DNA of 64,000 nucleotides, taken from positions 44,597 through 108,596 of the forward strand of contig JAOPTT010000017.1 in NCBI GenBank assembly GCA_051531975.1, read 5' to 3'. This document shows, piece by piece, positions 10,203 to 20,782 of the stretch. The position numbers and the translations under genes were made by a program. Position 1 is the first letter of the stretch; each line of letters starts with the position of its first letter. Under the pieces are notes generated by a model that saw only the letters and a program-made list of their open reading frames with translations, was not told where the DNA came from and did not search any database. The stretch comes from Spirochaetaceae bacterium. GTDB lineage: Bacteria; Spirochaetota; Spirochaetia; DSM-2461.

Positions 10203-10447
10203 CTATATCAAAGAAGGAAGATCTCGTTAGACTATTATGAGTTGTGGAGACTCCTGATATTATATTTCATAACTCTAGGGTTAGTGCAGAGGTAACCAAT
10301 AGATTTTTAGTTAATAGATTGAACAGAGATGATATTGTCTACTATCATGCAGGGCTTCAAAAAGATGAGAAAACAGCCATAGAAAAGTGGTTTTTTGACT
10401 CTGATTCAGGTATACTAAATGCCACTTGTGCCTATGAAATGGCGTAA
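10203..10447 (+). pseudogene. RecQ helicase C-terminal fragment
   Basis: YYHAGL...EK.FF...ILNATCAYEM corresponds to helicase motifs IVa/V. Truncated at both ends, with an in-frame TGA upstream. Confidence 0.75.
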
Positions 10448-10672
10448 AAAACTATGTATAATTTAAATGGTGAATATTTTCCACAATAAAATACTTACAG
10501 AAAAAAGACAGCAATTCTCCTTAACTTGTTTTTATTTATAAAGATATAAGATTTGAATCTATAATTATACATATGGATAAAATATGTAACGATACTTAGT
10601 ACCATTATTTAATATTTTATCATCTTAGTAGTGCTGTAAACTCAGGTGTAAGCAGATATATTGATTTTGTTG

Positions 10673-11410
10673 TTATATATGATGTTTTAGAACCTTATCC
10701 AGGAACTTCTTGATTCGGATGTCCTTTGAGGTTTGCAGCACTTGTTTGGCTGTTCCGTGTTGTACTATACCTTCATCTTCAATAAACATTACCTTGTCTG
10801 CTGCTTCCTTAGCAAATCCCATTTCGTGGGTCACAAGTATTAATTGCATACCTTCTGATCTTAACTCATAGATTAAGTCTAGAACTTCCGAGGTATATTC
10901 AGGATCTAGGGCAGAAGTTGGTTCATCTAATAAGAGGTATTCAGGTTTAATGGCTACAGCTCTGCAGATTGCGATTCTTTGTTGCTGACCACCTGATAAT
11001 GCTATTGGTTTTTTATGGGCATGGTCTTCTAAATTAAACCTTGTTAGAAGGTTCATTGCTTGGTATTTTGCTAGTTTAGGATCAATACCGTGTACCTTAA
11101 TTAATGGCAATGTTATGTTTTGAACTGCAGTTAAGTGGGGAAACAGGTTGTAAGCTTGGTAAACCATACCTATGTTTTTTCTGTGTATATGTAGACTTTT
11201 CTCGTCATAAAGTATCTCTTTGTTGTTAATAAATACTCTACCCTGCTCAGGTTTCTCTAAACCGGCTAAGATTCTTAAAAGAGTTGTTTTACCACCACCT
11301 GATGGACCAATTAAAACTAGAGAGCTAAAGTCATTTAGCTCTACATTTACATTTGAAAGAACCCTATGGTCACCAAAACTTTTGTGTAAGTTTTCTAATC
11401 TAAGTTTCAT
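10673..11410 (-). CDS. Polar amino-acid ABC transporter ATP-binding protein
   Basis: GPSGGGKT, LSGGQQQR, LLDEPTSALDPE, VTHEMGFA. Confidence 0.95.
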   Translation of the reverse strand: MKLRLENLHKSFGDHRVLSNVNVELNDFSSLVLIGPSGGGKTTLLRILAGLEKPEQGRVFINNKEILYDEKSLHIHRKNIGMVYQAYNLFPHLTAVQNITLPLIKVHGIDPKLAKYQAMNLLTRFNLEDHAHKKPIALSGGQQQRIAICRAVAIKPEYLLLDEPTSALDPEYTSEVLDLIYELRSEGMQLILVTHEMGFAKEAADKVMFIEDEGIVQHGTAKQVLQTSKDIRIKKFLDKVLKHHI

Positions 11411-12191
11411 ATTTAAACCTCTTTTCTAGGGAACTTGTTAAAATTGATATTGGAATTGTTAATAGTAGGTAACCAATTGCCAGTGGGATGTAACTCTCTA
11501 TTGTTGAAAATGTATTTGAGTTTATCTCCCTAGCTGCTAATGTGAACTCTTTTATCGCAATTATAGATAGAAGTGAAGAATCTTTAATTAAAGAAGCAAA
11601 TTGTCCGGCTAATGGTGGTAAAACCCGTGTTATTACCTGGGGGAAGATAATATAACGATATGTTTGAGACCGTGTTAAACCTATAGCTTTTGCAGTCTCT
11701 CGTTGGGTTTTACCAACACTATCTACACCAGCTCTAATTATTTCAGCTATGTATGCACCACTAAAAAGTGACATTATTATTACACCGGCAACGTACCTAT
11801 TATTGATACCAATTAAATTTGCAACTACATAATAGAAAATTAGTATCTGAACTAGTAGTGGCGTCCCTCTAATTATTTCTATGTATACTTTTGCTAAAGC
11901 TCTAAGTGGTAGGATTCTACTTCTTCTGGTTATACCAAAATAAGTACCTAAAATTATACTTAGAACCAGACTTATTAGGGACATTAAAATTGTTACACCA
12001 AAGCCACTTATTAAGCTGTCTTTGTAACGGTATACGTTGTCCCATCTAAGGGTATAATCTAAGTTATTAAATCCACTTAATATTAGAGATATAAAAATTA
12101 GAGATATTATAGTTATGTTTATAAAAGAACTTCCCCTTGGAGGTTTGTCCAAAGGGTCTTTTAGTATAAAGTATTTTTTTAAATCTAGCAT
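11400..12191 (-). CDS. Polar amino-acid ABC transporter permease
   Basis: IRGTPLLVQ, AYIAEIIRAG, IKDSSL. Confidence 0.95.
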   Translation of the reverse strand: MLDLKKYFILKDPLDKPPRGSSFINITIISLIFISLILSGFNNLDYTLRWDNVYRYKDSLISGFGVTILMSLISLVLSIILGTYFGITRRSRILPLRALAKVYIEIIRGTPLLVQILIFYYVVANLIGINNRYVAGVIIMSLFSGAYIAEIIRAGVDSVGKTQRETAKAIGLTRSQTYRYIIFPQVITRVLPPLAGQFASLIKDSSLLSIIAIKEFTLAAREINSNTFSTIESYIPLAIGYLLLTIPISILTSSLEKRFKYET

Positions 12192-12195
12192 GGGG

Positions 12196-13008
12196 CTACT
12201 TTATATCAAAAAAGAACGGTATACCAGACTCGTCAAAAAGTGACTTAATATAACCTAAGTATTTATCTCCTAATTTATTAAAACCACCATTATCTTGGTA
12301 CTCTTTAATAAACATATTAACACCGTCTAAAAGCTCAGTATTACCTTTTTTAACAGCCATACCCCAGTAACCGACCGAACCAGGAAGTGCTTCTAAGTTC
12401 ATTCTAGTAGTTTCTAGGTTTCTCCGGTTATTTTCGTAGATTGTTAATACGTCGTATATAAAGACATCTGCTTTACCTTGGCTTACTTCTAAAACACAAG
12501 CTGATACTTCGTCAAATAGTCTAATATCTGCTTTAGTGAACTTATCCTGTGCTAAGTTAGCACCAATAGTTCCAGATTTAACAGCAATAACAACACCCTC
12601 TTGGTTTAGATCATTAAAAGATAAAACCTTAGAATCGTTGTTAATTAATAGGCTTAGACCTGACTTAATATAAGGATTAGAAAAGTCTACAACTTCACCT
12701 CTCTGTTCTGTTATAGTCATAGAAGAGATAATAATATCCGCTTTATTTGTTTGTAACGAAGGTATTAAACCAGTCCAAGAGATATTCTCAATAATTACTT
12801 CTTTACCTAAATATTCACCTAAATCTTTAGCTATATCAACACTGATTCCAGAAGGATTACCCTGTTCATCAGACATTTCAAATGGAGGATACTGTAACTC
12901 CATTGCAACAGTTATTTTATCTGTATTAGTTTCTTTACTACTATTAGCAAAAAGACCTATTCCTATTAAGAGCATACACATTAATAGAACGTTATTTAAT
13001 TTAATCAT
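12196..13008 (-). CDS. Polar amino-acid ABC transporter substrate-binding protein
   Basis: Signal peptide, YPPFE, G..VDI, ITEQR..VDFS.PY. Confidence 0.93.
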   Translation of the reverse strand: MIKLNNVLLMCMLLIGIGLFANSSKETNTDKITVAMELQYPPFEMSDEQGNPSGISVDIAKDLGEYLGKEVIIENISWTGLIPSLQTNKADIIISSMTITEQRGEVVDFSNPYIKSGLSLLINNDSKVLSFNDLNQEGVVIAVKSGTIGANLAQDKFTKADIRLFDEVSACVLEVSQGKADVFIYDVLTIYENNRRNLETTRMNLEALPGSVGYWGMAVKKGNTELLDGVNMFIKEYQDNGGFNKLGDKYLGYIKSLFDESGIPFFFDIK

Positions 13009-13077
13009 ATTTTAACTCCTTAAATATTACTGTATTATAGTTAGTATCAATATTTTAAAAAAGAGGAATTATAAATT

Positions 13078-14322
13078 ATGGATTTATTTATTAACTTTTT
13101 AACAGGAAAAGGCATTTCCTACCAACTAAGTGGGCTTATCTCAGTTATTGCAGCCTCAATTTTAACTATTTTACTATGTTTAATAGCATATTTAGTGGTT
13201 AAATATAAGTTTTTAAAGCTTGTTGAGTTCCTAATTCTCAGAAGTAAAACTAAATTTGACGATCTATTATTAGAAAATGGAGTATTTATACACATACCTA
13301 AGTTTATACCGGCAGTTATATTAATATATATATTCCCACTTATATTTAACGAGTTTGAAGCGGTTATTTTTGTGTTCCATAAAATAGTTTACTCCTATAT
13401 GACAGTATTAATTATGTTAACATTAAACGCACTTTTAACAGTCTTAGCAAAAATGTACAAAATGTTTAATTCAACAATGAAGATACCAATAACTGCTTTA
13501 GTCCAGGGTGTTAGGATAATTTTAGGCATTATAGGTGCTGTAGTAATAGTTGCAGTAGTATTAGATAAATCACCTCTGATTATATTAAGTGGTTTAGGTG
13601 CTTTAACAGCTGTATTTATGTTTGTATTTAAAGACTCCTTAATGGGGTTTATTGCTGGTATTCAATTAACATTAAATAAGATGGTAGACCATGGTAACTG
13701 GATAGAGATGCCTAAATATGGTGCAGATGGAACAGTTGAAGATATTACATTAACAACAGTTAAAGTATGTAACTGGGATAAAACTATAACAATGGTACCA
13801 ACATATGCACTGCTATCAGAATCCTTTAAAAACTGGCAAGGTATGACAGAGTCCGGCGGGCGTAGGATTAAGCGTTCAATCTTCATTGATACAAGTTCAA
13901 TTGGTTTTTGTAGTCCAGAACTACTTAGTAAATTAAAAGATATTGAACTAATCTCACACTTTTTAGAAGGTAAAATTGATGAAGTCGAGAAACATAATGT
14001 AACTGAGAAGATTAATTTATCCTCTCCAGTTAATGGTCGAAAAATTACAAATATTGGTGTATTTAGACATTATATCGAGGCTTATCTTGGTTCTAATGAA
14101 AATATAAATATGGATATGACATTTTTAGTTAGACAAAAACAACCAGGGATACACGGATTACCAATAGAGATATATGTATTTTGTAAAGAGACAGCCTGGG
14201 TAGAATACGAAGCTATACAATCTGATATATTTGACCATATTTTTGCTATTATTAACGAGTTTGAACTTAAAATGTTTCAAGCACCTTCAGGTGAAGATAT
14301 TAAAACACTTAGTTCGCTGTAG
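13078..14322 (+). CDS. Small-conductance mechanosensitive channel (MscS/YbdG type)
   Basis: GLGA..AV..FVFKD, NWDKTIT.VP and SGGRRIKR motifs. Confidence 0.92.
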   Translation: MDLFINFLTGKGISYQLSGLISVIAASILTILLCLIAYLVVKYKFLKLVEFLILRSKTKFDDLLLENGVFIHIPKFIPAVILIYIFPLIFNEFEAVIFVFHKIVYSYMTVLIMLTLNALLTVLAKMYKMFNSTMKIPITALVQGVRIILGIIGAVVIVAVVLDKSPLIILSGLGALTAVFMFVFKDSLMGFIAGIQLTLNKMVDHGNWIEMPKYGADGTVEDITLTTVKVCNWDKTITMVPTYALLSESFKNWQGMTESGGRRIKRSIFIDTSSIGFCSPELLSKLKDIELISHFLEGKIDEVEKHNVTEKINLSSPVNGRKITNIGVFRHYIEAYLGSNENINMDMTFLVRQKQPGIHGLPIEIYVFCKETAWVEYEAIQSDIFDHIFAIINEFELKMFQAPSGEDIKTLSSL

Positions 14323-14938
14323 GTTTCTTAATCATCATATCGTTTACTTCTGCTGCTCTTTTTGCATCCATAAATTGAAGCCAAATTGAGGAGTTTGAAG
14401 CTCTAGTATCTCTTTTTGCAATCTCATCCTCTTTTCTTAGAGTATCTACAACTTTAAGTACCGGATAATTATTTAATATATCAACAGTTTTTAGTGGTGG
14501 AAGTGCTGCTAAATAGGAAACTGTTGTTTCAAGATTTTTTTGTTCATCATCATATCTAGCTAATGCATCGGTTAAAGATTTCTCTTTATCTATAATAGCG
14601 GACTCTTTCTCTACTAACTCTTCTGCTATCTGTCTGTTTTTAGCTTCTTCTAAAGTTATATTCTCTTCCCTAGATTTAAGAGCAATCTCTCTCTTCTCTA
14701 TAGCTTCCCGCTCTTTTATTAACCTTACAGCATCTAAAAGATATATATTTTCATCTGTATCTTCTACAACCTCAGGGCTTTCTAAACCAATTCGATCAGT
14801 TATAAAATTCAGAGTATCACCACGGTCTATAACTCCTAAAAAGTCGAACCAGATAACTCCACCTATTAAAAGAGCAACTATTAATAGAAGAAGTAGGACT
14901 GATTTACCAATCATTGCGCCTATTGATTTACTTGCCAT
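14309..14938 (-). CDS. flbB: Periplasmic flagellar collar protein FlbB
   Basis: N-terminal TM with WFDFLGVID, coiled coil and SIWL..MD..RAAE C-terminus; lies directly after fliJ as in spirochaetes. Confidence 0.8.
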   Translation of the reverse strand: MASKSIGAMIGKSVLLLLLIVALLIGGVIWFDFLGVIDRGDTLNFITDRIGLESPEVVEDTDENIYLLDAVRLIKEREAIEKREIALKSREENITLEEAKNRQIAEELVEKESAIIDKEKSLTDALARYDDEQKNLETTVSYLAALPPLKTVDILNNYPVLKVVDTLRKEDEIAKRDTRASNSSIWLQFMDAKRAAEVNDMMIKKPTAN

Positions 14939-15378
14939 TAGTTTGCTCCTTCTAGCATTTTCTCTCTTATTTTAGCAGAACTATTAATATTGTCTATAAA
15001 CAATGAATCCTCTTTTAGGCTATATTTTTTATATCTTAGTTTAGATTTATCTTTTAACTTATCTATAACTTTTCTATCTATAGATTTTTGAAGATATACC
15101 TCTTTAATTTTATCTCTTTCTACTTCTCTCTCTTTTAATACCTGTTTCTGATTAGATATTTGCTGAAGAAGTCTGGCCTCATATATACACTTTATCTGAA
15201 ATTGAGTTATATCCACCTGATCATTTTTAGAATCTGCTATCTGGCTATAACACATGTCAATTTTATTTTGAACTAATTGGCATTGGCTATTTGCTCTACC
15301 TAGTTTAGCTTCCCACTCTTTTTCTATATTTTCTCTGATAGAAAGTACATTGTCTAGTTTAAAATTAAACTTTCTCAT
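14938..15378 (-). CDS. fliJ: Flagellar export protein FliJ
   Basis: MRKFNFKL..VL.IR N-terminus; downstream of fliI. Confidence 0.85.
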   Translation of the reverse strand: MRKFNFKLDNVLSIRENIEKEWEAKLGRANSQCQLVQNKIDMCYSQIADSKNDQVDITQFQIKCIYEARLLQQISNQKQVLKEREVERDKIKEVYLQKSIDRKVIDKLKDKSKLRYKKYSLKEDSLFIDNINSSAKIREKMLEGAN

Positions 15379-16703
15379 TATGCTTCTCCATCAAAGTTAT
15401 GGCCCGAGATATTACCCTGTTCCGTTAAGGTATCTTTTATTGATACATCTTCGTCGATATCTTGCCTCAAAAATTTATTTATATCGTCCATTTTATCTAT
15501 AGCTTCATCTATATCTGGGCTAGAACCTTTAGCATAGGCACCAATATTAATTAGATCCTCTTTATCTTTATACAGAGCTAACATCTTTCTAATATAACCC
15601 ATGTTTTGCTGTACTGGTTTACTTGTAATTTTATTTGTAAGTCTAGAAACTGATTGTAATACATCAACAGCTGGATAGTGGAACTTATGGGCTAGATCTC
15701 TACTTAATACAATATGACCATCTAAGATACCCCTAACTGCATCCGCAATTGGCTCGTCCATATCGTCACCTTCGACTAATATTGTATATAACCCGGTAAT
15801 TGAACCTTTATCGTTAGTTCCAGCACGCTCTAATAGTTTTGGTAACATTGTGAATACCGAAGGAGTATAACCTCTTGTTGCTGGTGGTTCCCCAGTTGAA
15901 AGTCCAATTTCTCTCTGGGCCATTGCAAAACGTGTAACTGAATCAAATAGTAACATAACATCTTTACCCTGGTCTCGGAAAAACTCAGCTACTGCTGTTG
16001 CTACAAATGCACCTTTGAGTCTAGCTAATGGTGGAGTATCCCCTGTTGCAACAATTACAACTGAACGTTTTAATCCCTCTTCACCTAAATCATTTTCTAG
16101 GAATTCTAGAACCTCACGGCCCCTCTCTCCTATTAATGCTATAACATTTATATCTGCGTTTGTATTTCGGGCTACCATCCCCATTAATGTAGATTTACCA
16201 ACACCAGAACCTGCAAAGATTCCAACTCTTTGGCCTTTACCTAGTGGGATTAATCCATCTATCGATTTAACACCTGTAATTATTCTGTCTTCTATTCGTT
16301 TACGGCTCATGGCATTTGGAGGTTTGTTCATGGCAGGGTATCTAGTTGTTGAAACTATTGCACCTTTGCCATCTGTTGGTCTTCCAAGTCCATCTAAAAC
16401 TCTACCTAACATGTCGTTAGATACGTTCACATGCAAAGTTTCACCACTTGCTGTTACTAAAGATCCAATTTTTACACCATCCATTTCACCAAATGGCATT
16501 AGCTGAACAGTTGTTCCTTTAAGTGCAACAACTTCGCACCATAGTCTTTCTGCAGCATCAATAGTTATATAACAGAGTTCCCCAATAACAGCCTGGGGCC
16601 CAGAGCTCTCTATCATCATGCCGTGGATACCGATAACACTACCTGTAAACTTTACAGGTTCGAGTTTATCTAAAGTTGAAAAATATTTATCAAAGATCTC
16701 CAT
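15378..16703 (-). CDS. fliI: Flagellar export ATPase FliI
   Basis: GIFAGSGVGKS, LIGERGREV, DSVTRFA, GEPP..RGY. Confidence 0.97.
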   Translation of the reverse strand: MEIFDKYFSTLDKLEPVKFTGSVIGIHGMMIESSGPQAVIGELCYITIDAAERLWCEVVALKGTTVQLMPFGEMDGVKIGSLVTASGETLHVNVSNDMLGRVLDGLGRPTDGKGAIVSTTRYPAMNKPPNAMSRKRIEDRIITGVKSIDGLIPLGKGQRVGIFAGSGVGKSTLMGMVARNTNADINVIALIGERGREVLEFLENDLGEEGLKRSVVIVATGDTPPLARLKGAFVATAVAEFFRDQGKDVMLLFDSVTRFAMAQREIGLSTGEPPATRGYTPSVFTMLPKLLERAGTNDKGSITGLYTILVEGDDMDEPIADAVRGILDGHIVLSRDLAHKFHYPAVDVLQSVSRLTNKITSKPVQQNMGYIRKMLALYKDKEDLINIGAYAKGSSPDIDEAIDKMDDINKFLRQDIDEDVSIKDTLTEQGNISGHNFDGEA

Positions 16704-17637
16704 ATTCCTCTAACCTCTTTTTCTCCATATCTGCTTTAATTGGCATTAGATCTCGGATTCTGTCTTCGATCTCTCTTAACTGACTAGAAATTCTAGCATC
16801 TATACGTCCAAGGTTAGTTTCAATTATACAGCCACCCTTCTCAATAGTAGAGTCCTCTAATACTGTAATAGCAGAGACACTTTCTATCATCTCCATAAAG
16901 TCTTTAATATGCTCAGTTGTTAGGTTTACATCTGCAAGGTTAACTTTAATTTCAACTTCACCCCTAGATTTCATTTTTCTCAGAGCCTGAACAACATTAC
17001 TTAATATAACATTTTTTTGATCTTCTGAGATAACTTTTACAACTTTTTTAGAAATTAGAAGTACAAGCTCAACCATCTGATTTTCAGCTTCCATTATAAT
17101 TTCACGTCGTTTATCTATTGCTGCATTTAGAACTTTATGTACTCGATCTACAAGTCTCTGAACTTCATCATGCCCAGAGGCGTAACCCTCTTCTTTACCG
17201 ATTGTTACACCTTTATCTAAAGCTTCTGCTCTAATTCTCTCTGTTTCAGCCTTAGCTTCTGTTATGAGTTTTTCAGCTTCTACTTTAGCCTCGTTTACTG
17301 TCTGTACTGCTTCATCTTTTAACTTATTAGCTTCTATCTGAGCGTCTTCAATTGTACGTTGAGCCATCTGAGCACTAGATTCCTGAGCTTTTTCTTTGAT
17401 AGAAAATACTTCGTTTTCTGCCTGGGATATCATGAACTGTTTCTCTTCGTCCCATCTGGCTTTAAACTCTTCGGCTTCCCGTCTTAAATCGTCTGCTGTA
17501 GGGCCTAAATATTCATCTATCTCTTCTAACTCGTCTAACTCTTCAACTTCTTCTAAACTTTCAAAAACCGGTGGAGCAATCTCAACTTTTTGTACGAGAT
17601 TCATTATTTCCATCGGTCTAAATACATTTTGTGCCAT
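16690..17637 (-). CDS. fliH: Flagellar assembly protein FliH
   Basis: GxxxG repeats and GGCIIET..G.IDA C-terminus; between fliG and fliI. Confidence 0.93.
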   Translation of the reverse strand: MAQNVFRPMEIMNLVQKVEIAPPVFESLEEVEELDELEEIDEYLGPTADDLRREAEEFKARWDEEKQFMISQAENEVFSIKEKAQESSAQMAQRTIEDAQIEANKLKDEAVQTVNEAKVEAEKLITEAKAETERIRAEALDKGVTIGKEEGYASGHDEVQRLVDRVHKVLNAAIDKRREIIMEAENQMVELVLLISKKVVKVISEDQKNVILSNVVQALRKMKSRGEVEIKVNLADVNLTTEHIKDFMEMIESVSAITVLEDSTIEKGGCIIETNLGRIDARISSQLREIEDRIRDLMPIKADMEKKRLEEYGDL

Positions 17638-17648
17638 CTAGATAACCC

Positions 17649-18674
17649 CTATACCATTACGTCTTCTTCGCCACCACGTGCAATAATAACTTCACCTTGC
17701 TCTTCAAGTTTCCGTATTATTGATACGATCTTCTGTTGGGCATCTTCTACATCTTTACGTCTAGTAGGACCCATATATTCCATATCCTCTTTTAAAAGAG
17801 CCGCAGCTCTCTTACTCATGTTTCTGTATATTTTATCTTGTACATCACCATCACAACCTTTAAGGGCTTTAGATAATTCTGATGTATCAACTTCACGCAT
17901 GATTTTCTGGATAGATTTATCGTCAAGCATAACAATGTCCTCGAATACAAACATTCGTTTCTTGATCTCTTCTGCTAATTCTGGATCGTCTTCTTCTAGT
18001 ACCTCGATAATACTTTTCTCTGTAGTTCTATCTACAAGGTTTAAGATTTCTACGATACTTTCAACACCACCTGCCGAGGTATAATCCTCTTGAGATACTG
18101 ATGATAGTTTCTTCTCTAGTACCCGCTCAACCTCTCTTAAAATCTCAGGAGAGGTTCTTTGCATTGTTGCAATACGTCTAGCAACATCTGACTGTTTTTC
18201 GGCTGGGAGTTGTCCTAAAATAACAGATGCTTTTGCTGGTTCTAAATATGCTAAAATAAGAGCGATAGTTTGTGGATGCTCCTGTTGTATAAAGTTTAAA
18301 AGGTGGGCAGGGTCCGTTCTTCTAATAAAGTCAAAAGGTCTAGTTTGTAGGGAGGATGTAAGTCTGTTAATTATATCAACAGCCTTTTGGTTACCTAATG
18401 ATTTTTCTAAAAGTTCACGGGCGTAATCTATACCACCGTTAGATATAAAGTCCTGAGCTAACATTAGCTCTTGAAACTCACCTAATACCTGGTCACGTTG
18501 TTCTGAGTCTATATTATCTAATCGGGCAATCTCAAAGGTTAAAACTTCGATCTCGTCCTCTCTTAAATGCTTAAATATCTCTGAAGATATCTCAGATCCA
18601 AGGGTTACAAGGAATATGGCAGCTTTCTGTCGTCCTGTGAGTTCCTCTTTGTGGGTCTGTTTTTTCTTAGCCAT
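17649..18674 (-). CDS. fliG: Flagellar motor switch protein FliG
   Basis: QKAAIFL, GGIDYA, EHPQTIA, MFVFED, NMSKRAA. Confidence 0.97.
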   Translation of the reverse strand: MAKKKQTHKEELTGRQKAAIFLVTLGSEISSEIFKHLREDEIEVLTFEIARLDNIDSEQRDQVLGEFQELMLAQDFISNGGIDYARELLEKSLGNQKAVDIINRLTSSLQTRPFDFIRRTDPAHLLNFIQQEHPQTIALILAYLEPAKASVILGQLPAEKQSDVARRIATMQRTSPEILREVERVLEKKLSSVSQEDYTSAGGVESIVEILNLVDRTTEKSIIEVLEEDDPELAEEIKKRMFVFEDIVMLDDKSIQKIMREVDTSELSKALKGCDGDVQDKIYRNMSKRAAALLKEDMEYMGPTRRKDVEDAQQKIVSIIRKLEEQGEVIIARGGEEDVMV

Positions 18675-18681
18675 TTATTAC

Positions 18682-20388
18682 CTACTCCTCTGCTAACCAG
18701 GTTCTGATAAGTTGTGCAACATCTTCAGGGTGCTCACGGGCAACATTAAGCGCCTGTTCTTGCATCTCAAGTCGTGCTCTGTCTTCAACAGACATTTCAA
18801 CTTCCATACCATCTTCTTCTGCACTTCTAAGTGCTGCTTCACGCATTGCTTGATGTTGTCGAGCCATCTCTTCTTCTTTAAGTCTTCGACGTCTCTCCAT
18901 CTCTTTGGAAACTATACGCATAACAACAAATATGATTACAATTAAAACTAGCCCTAAAATAGAAAATAGTACAATCTTTTTTCTATTTTGTGCATCGCGT
19001 TCTATTTTATTTTCAGCTTCAAATTCAGCTGATCTATCAAACTGAATTGCTTGAACTGTTACAGAATCACCATTTGCAATATCAAAGTTAATAGCTTTTT
19101 TGATTAACTCTTCAGCTGCTGCTATTTCTTCTACTGTTAATGGTATAAAATCTCTAACTATTAAACCACTTTCAATTAGAATATTTCCATCTTTATCATA
19201 CTGTTTCTTCCAACGACCATCAATATTAACCGCAACGGAAGTTCTCTCTTTTTTCCACTGACTTTTAATTTGGTTGGTTTTTATAGTATTTATCTCTTTA
19301 TTTATAATTTCACTGCTTTGATTATAGGTTCCTGCCATTGTATCAAGTTCCTGATACTGTGGTGGAGTTTGTCCTTCAGCCCCTGCTGGACCTTCTGGAG
19401 TAAACCCTGAACCTTGAAATTCTGTTTTATTTACTTTTGTAGAAACTACAATAGACTCCTGGTTAACCTCTTCACTGTATCCAGTTTCAGGATTATCCTT
19501 AGTCATTATTATAGGAGTATGTTCCTCTTTCTGAATTTCTACAACATCGGTATTTAATGTAACGTCTAAGTTAACAAATGCAACTCGACCTGGTGTAAAA
19601 ATTGTTTCTAAAGCTTTAATAATTGATGTTTCATATTTTAGCTCAAAACGCTCTTTTTGGTCCATCTCTTTATTACCTAAAGCGAGTCTGTCAAATACAG
19701 CCATCTCTTCATCTGTAACATTTAGAACTATACCTGTTGTTCTATCTATAATTTTAATATTTTCTTTTTTAAGATTAACTACCGACGTCATTATTAATTG
19801 TACAACACCTGAAATTTGTGCTCTATCCGATGTAAAAGTAGAACCATGTTTGGCTCTAATAGACACCGATACTGTATTAGGTTTTTCATTCTCTTTAAAA
19901 AGTTCTTTTTCTGGAATTACAATTGTAACTGAAGCATCTTCAATACTATCAAGAGTCTCAATATGGTATTCTAGCTGTTTTTTAACTGCTATCTGAAGTT
20001 TTTGCTCTTTATCCCACTGTGTTTCAGTAAAACTTGGGTTACCTAAAGCTTCAAAACCTGTTAGACCGCCTGGTACTGAGTTTGTAGAAACTAATTTTGC
20101 TCTAATTTTTTGAGCTAAAAAGTCACTATTAACTTTAACAGTTACACCATCTGTAGCTATAGTAAAGTCCTGATTCATAGTTCTAAGATTAAATTGAAGT
20201 TCTTGTGATTGTTCTTCGGTTAAACCGCTATAGATCGCGACACTAGATGGCCCTGAATTAACACTAACAACTGCCGAAAGTGCTCCTATAACTGCTATTA
20301 CGATTACTGCAAGAATTATTTTCTGCATTACGGACCATTTGCCCCATAACTCAATAATCTTGGTTATTATCTGTTTTATAAAATCCAT
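18682..20388 (-). CDS. fliF: Flagellar M-ring protein FliF
   Basis: Two TM segments, GFE motif and PEDVAQLIRTWL C-terminus. Start placed at ATG 20388 behind a GGGGAG RBS. Confidence 0.93.
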   Translation of the reverse strand: MDFIKQIITKIIELWGKWSVMQKIILAVIVIAVIGALSAVVSVNSGPSSVAIYSGLTEEQSQELQFNLRTMNQDFTIATDGVTVKVNSDFLAQKIRAKLVSTNSVPGGLTGFEALGNPSFTETQWDKEQKLQIAVKKQLEYHIETLDSIEDASVTIVIPEKELFKENEKPNTVSVSIRAKHGSTFTSDRAQISGVVQLIMTSVVNLKKENIKIIDRTTGIVLNVTDEEMAVFDRLALGNKEMDQKERFELKYETSIIKALETIFTPGRVAFVNLDVTLNTDVVEIQKEEHTPIIMTKDNPETGYSEEVNQESIVVSTKVNKTEFQGSGFTPEGPAGAEGQTPPQYQELDTMAGTYNQSSEIINKEINTIKTNQIKSQWKKERTSVAVNIDGRWKKQYDKDGNILIESGLIVRDFIPLTVEEIAAAEELIKKAINFDIANGDSVTVQAIQFDRSAEFEAENKIERDAQNRKKIVLFSILGLVLIVIIFVVMRIVSKEMERRRRLKEEEMARQHQAMREAALRSAEEDGMEVEMSVEDRARLEMQEQALNVAREHPEDVAQLIRTWLAEE

Positions 20389-20434
20389 TGTTGACTCCCC
20401 TCCCAAAAAGAAAACTTATTAAAAAACTAAAAGA

Positions 20435-20776
20435 TTATCTTAACGATGTAATCTCTTTATATGCTTTTACCGCTCTATCAATAACTGCCTTTGTTACATT
20501 TAGAGACATATCAGCTTTAGCCATGGCGATTGTTAAATCGTGGGTATCAACTGAATCTGGGTTTGTTATCATCTGCTCCATTAATCCTGCAGAGTTCATC
20601 TGATCAGCATTTACACTGCCAATGGCTTCTAACATCATCTCTTCGAAACTAACCCCATTTGTATCAGTTAAAGGTGCCTGTACCCCTTCTGTATTCAAAT
20701 GTAATGGATTTGTTCTTTTAATATCAACTAAGTCGCCTACTACCTGGTTGCTACTTAAAACATCTAATATACTCAT
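20435..20776 (-). CDS. fliE: Flagellar hook-basal body protein FliE
   Basis: F..M...AI..VN..Q, H...IAM.KA, AYKEI. Confidence 0.93.
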   Translation of the reverse strand: MSILDVLSSNQVVGDLVDIKRTNPLHLNTEGVQAPLTDTNGVSFEEMMLEAIGSVNADQMNSAGLMEQMITNPDSVDTHDLTIAMAKADMSLNVTKAVIDRAVKAYKEITSLR

Positions 20777-20782
20777 TCTCTA

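Noticed and set aside
10238..10240. In-frame TGA next to the selenium operon as a selenocysteine codon
   Set aside because: It lies in a truncated recQ remnant at a non-Cys position, with no evident SECIS hairpin.
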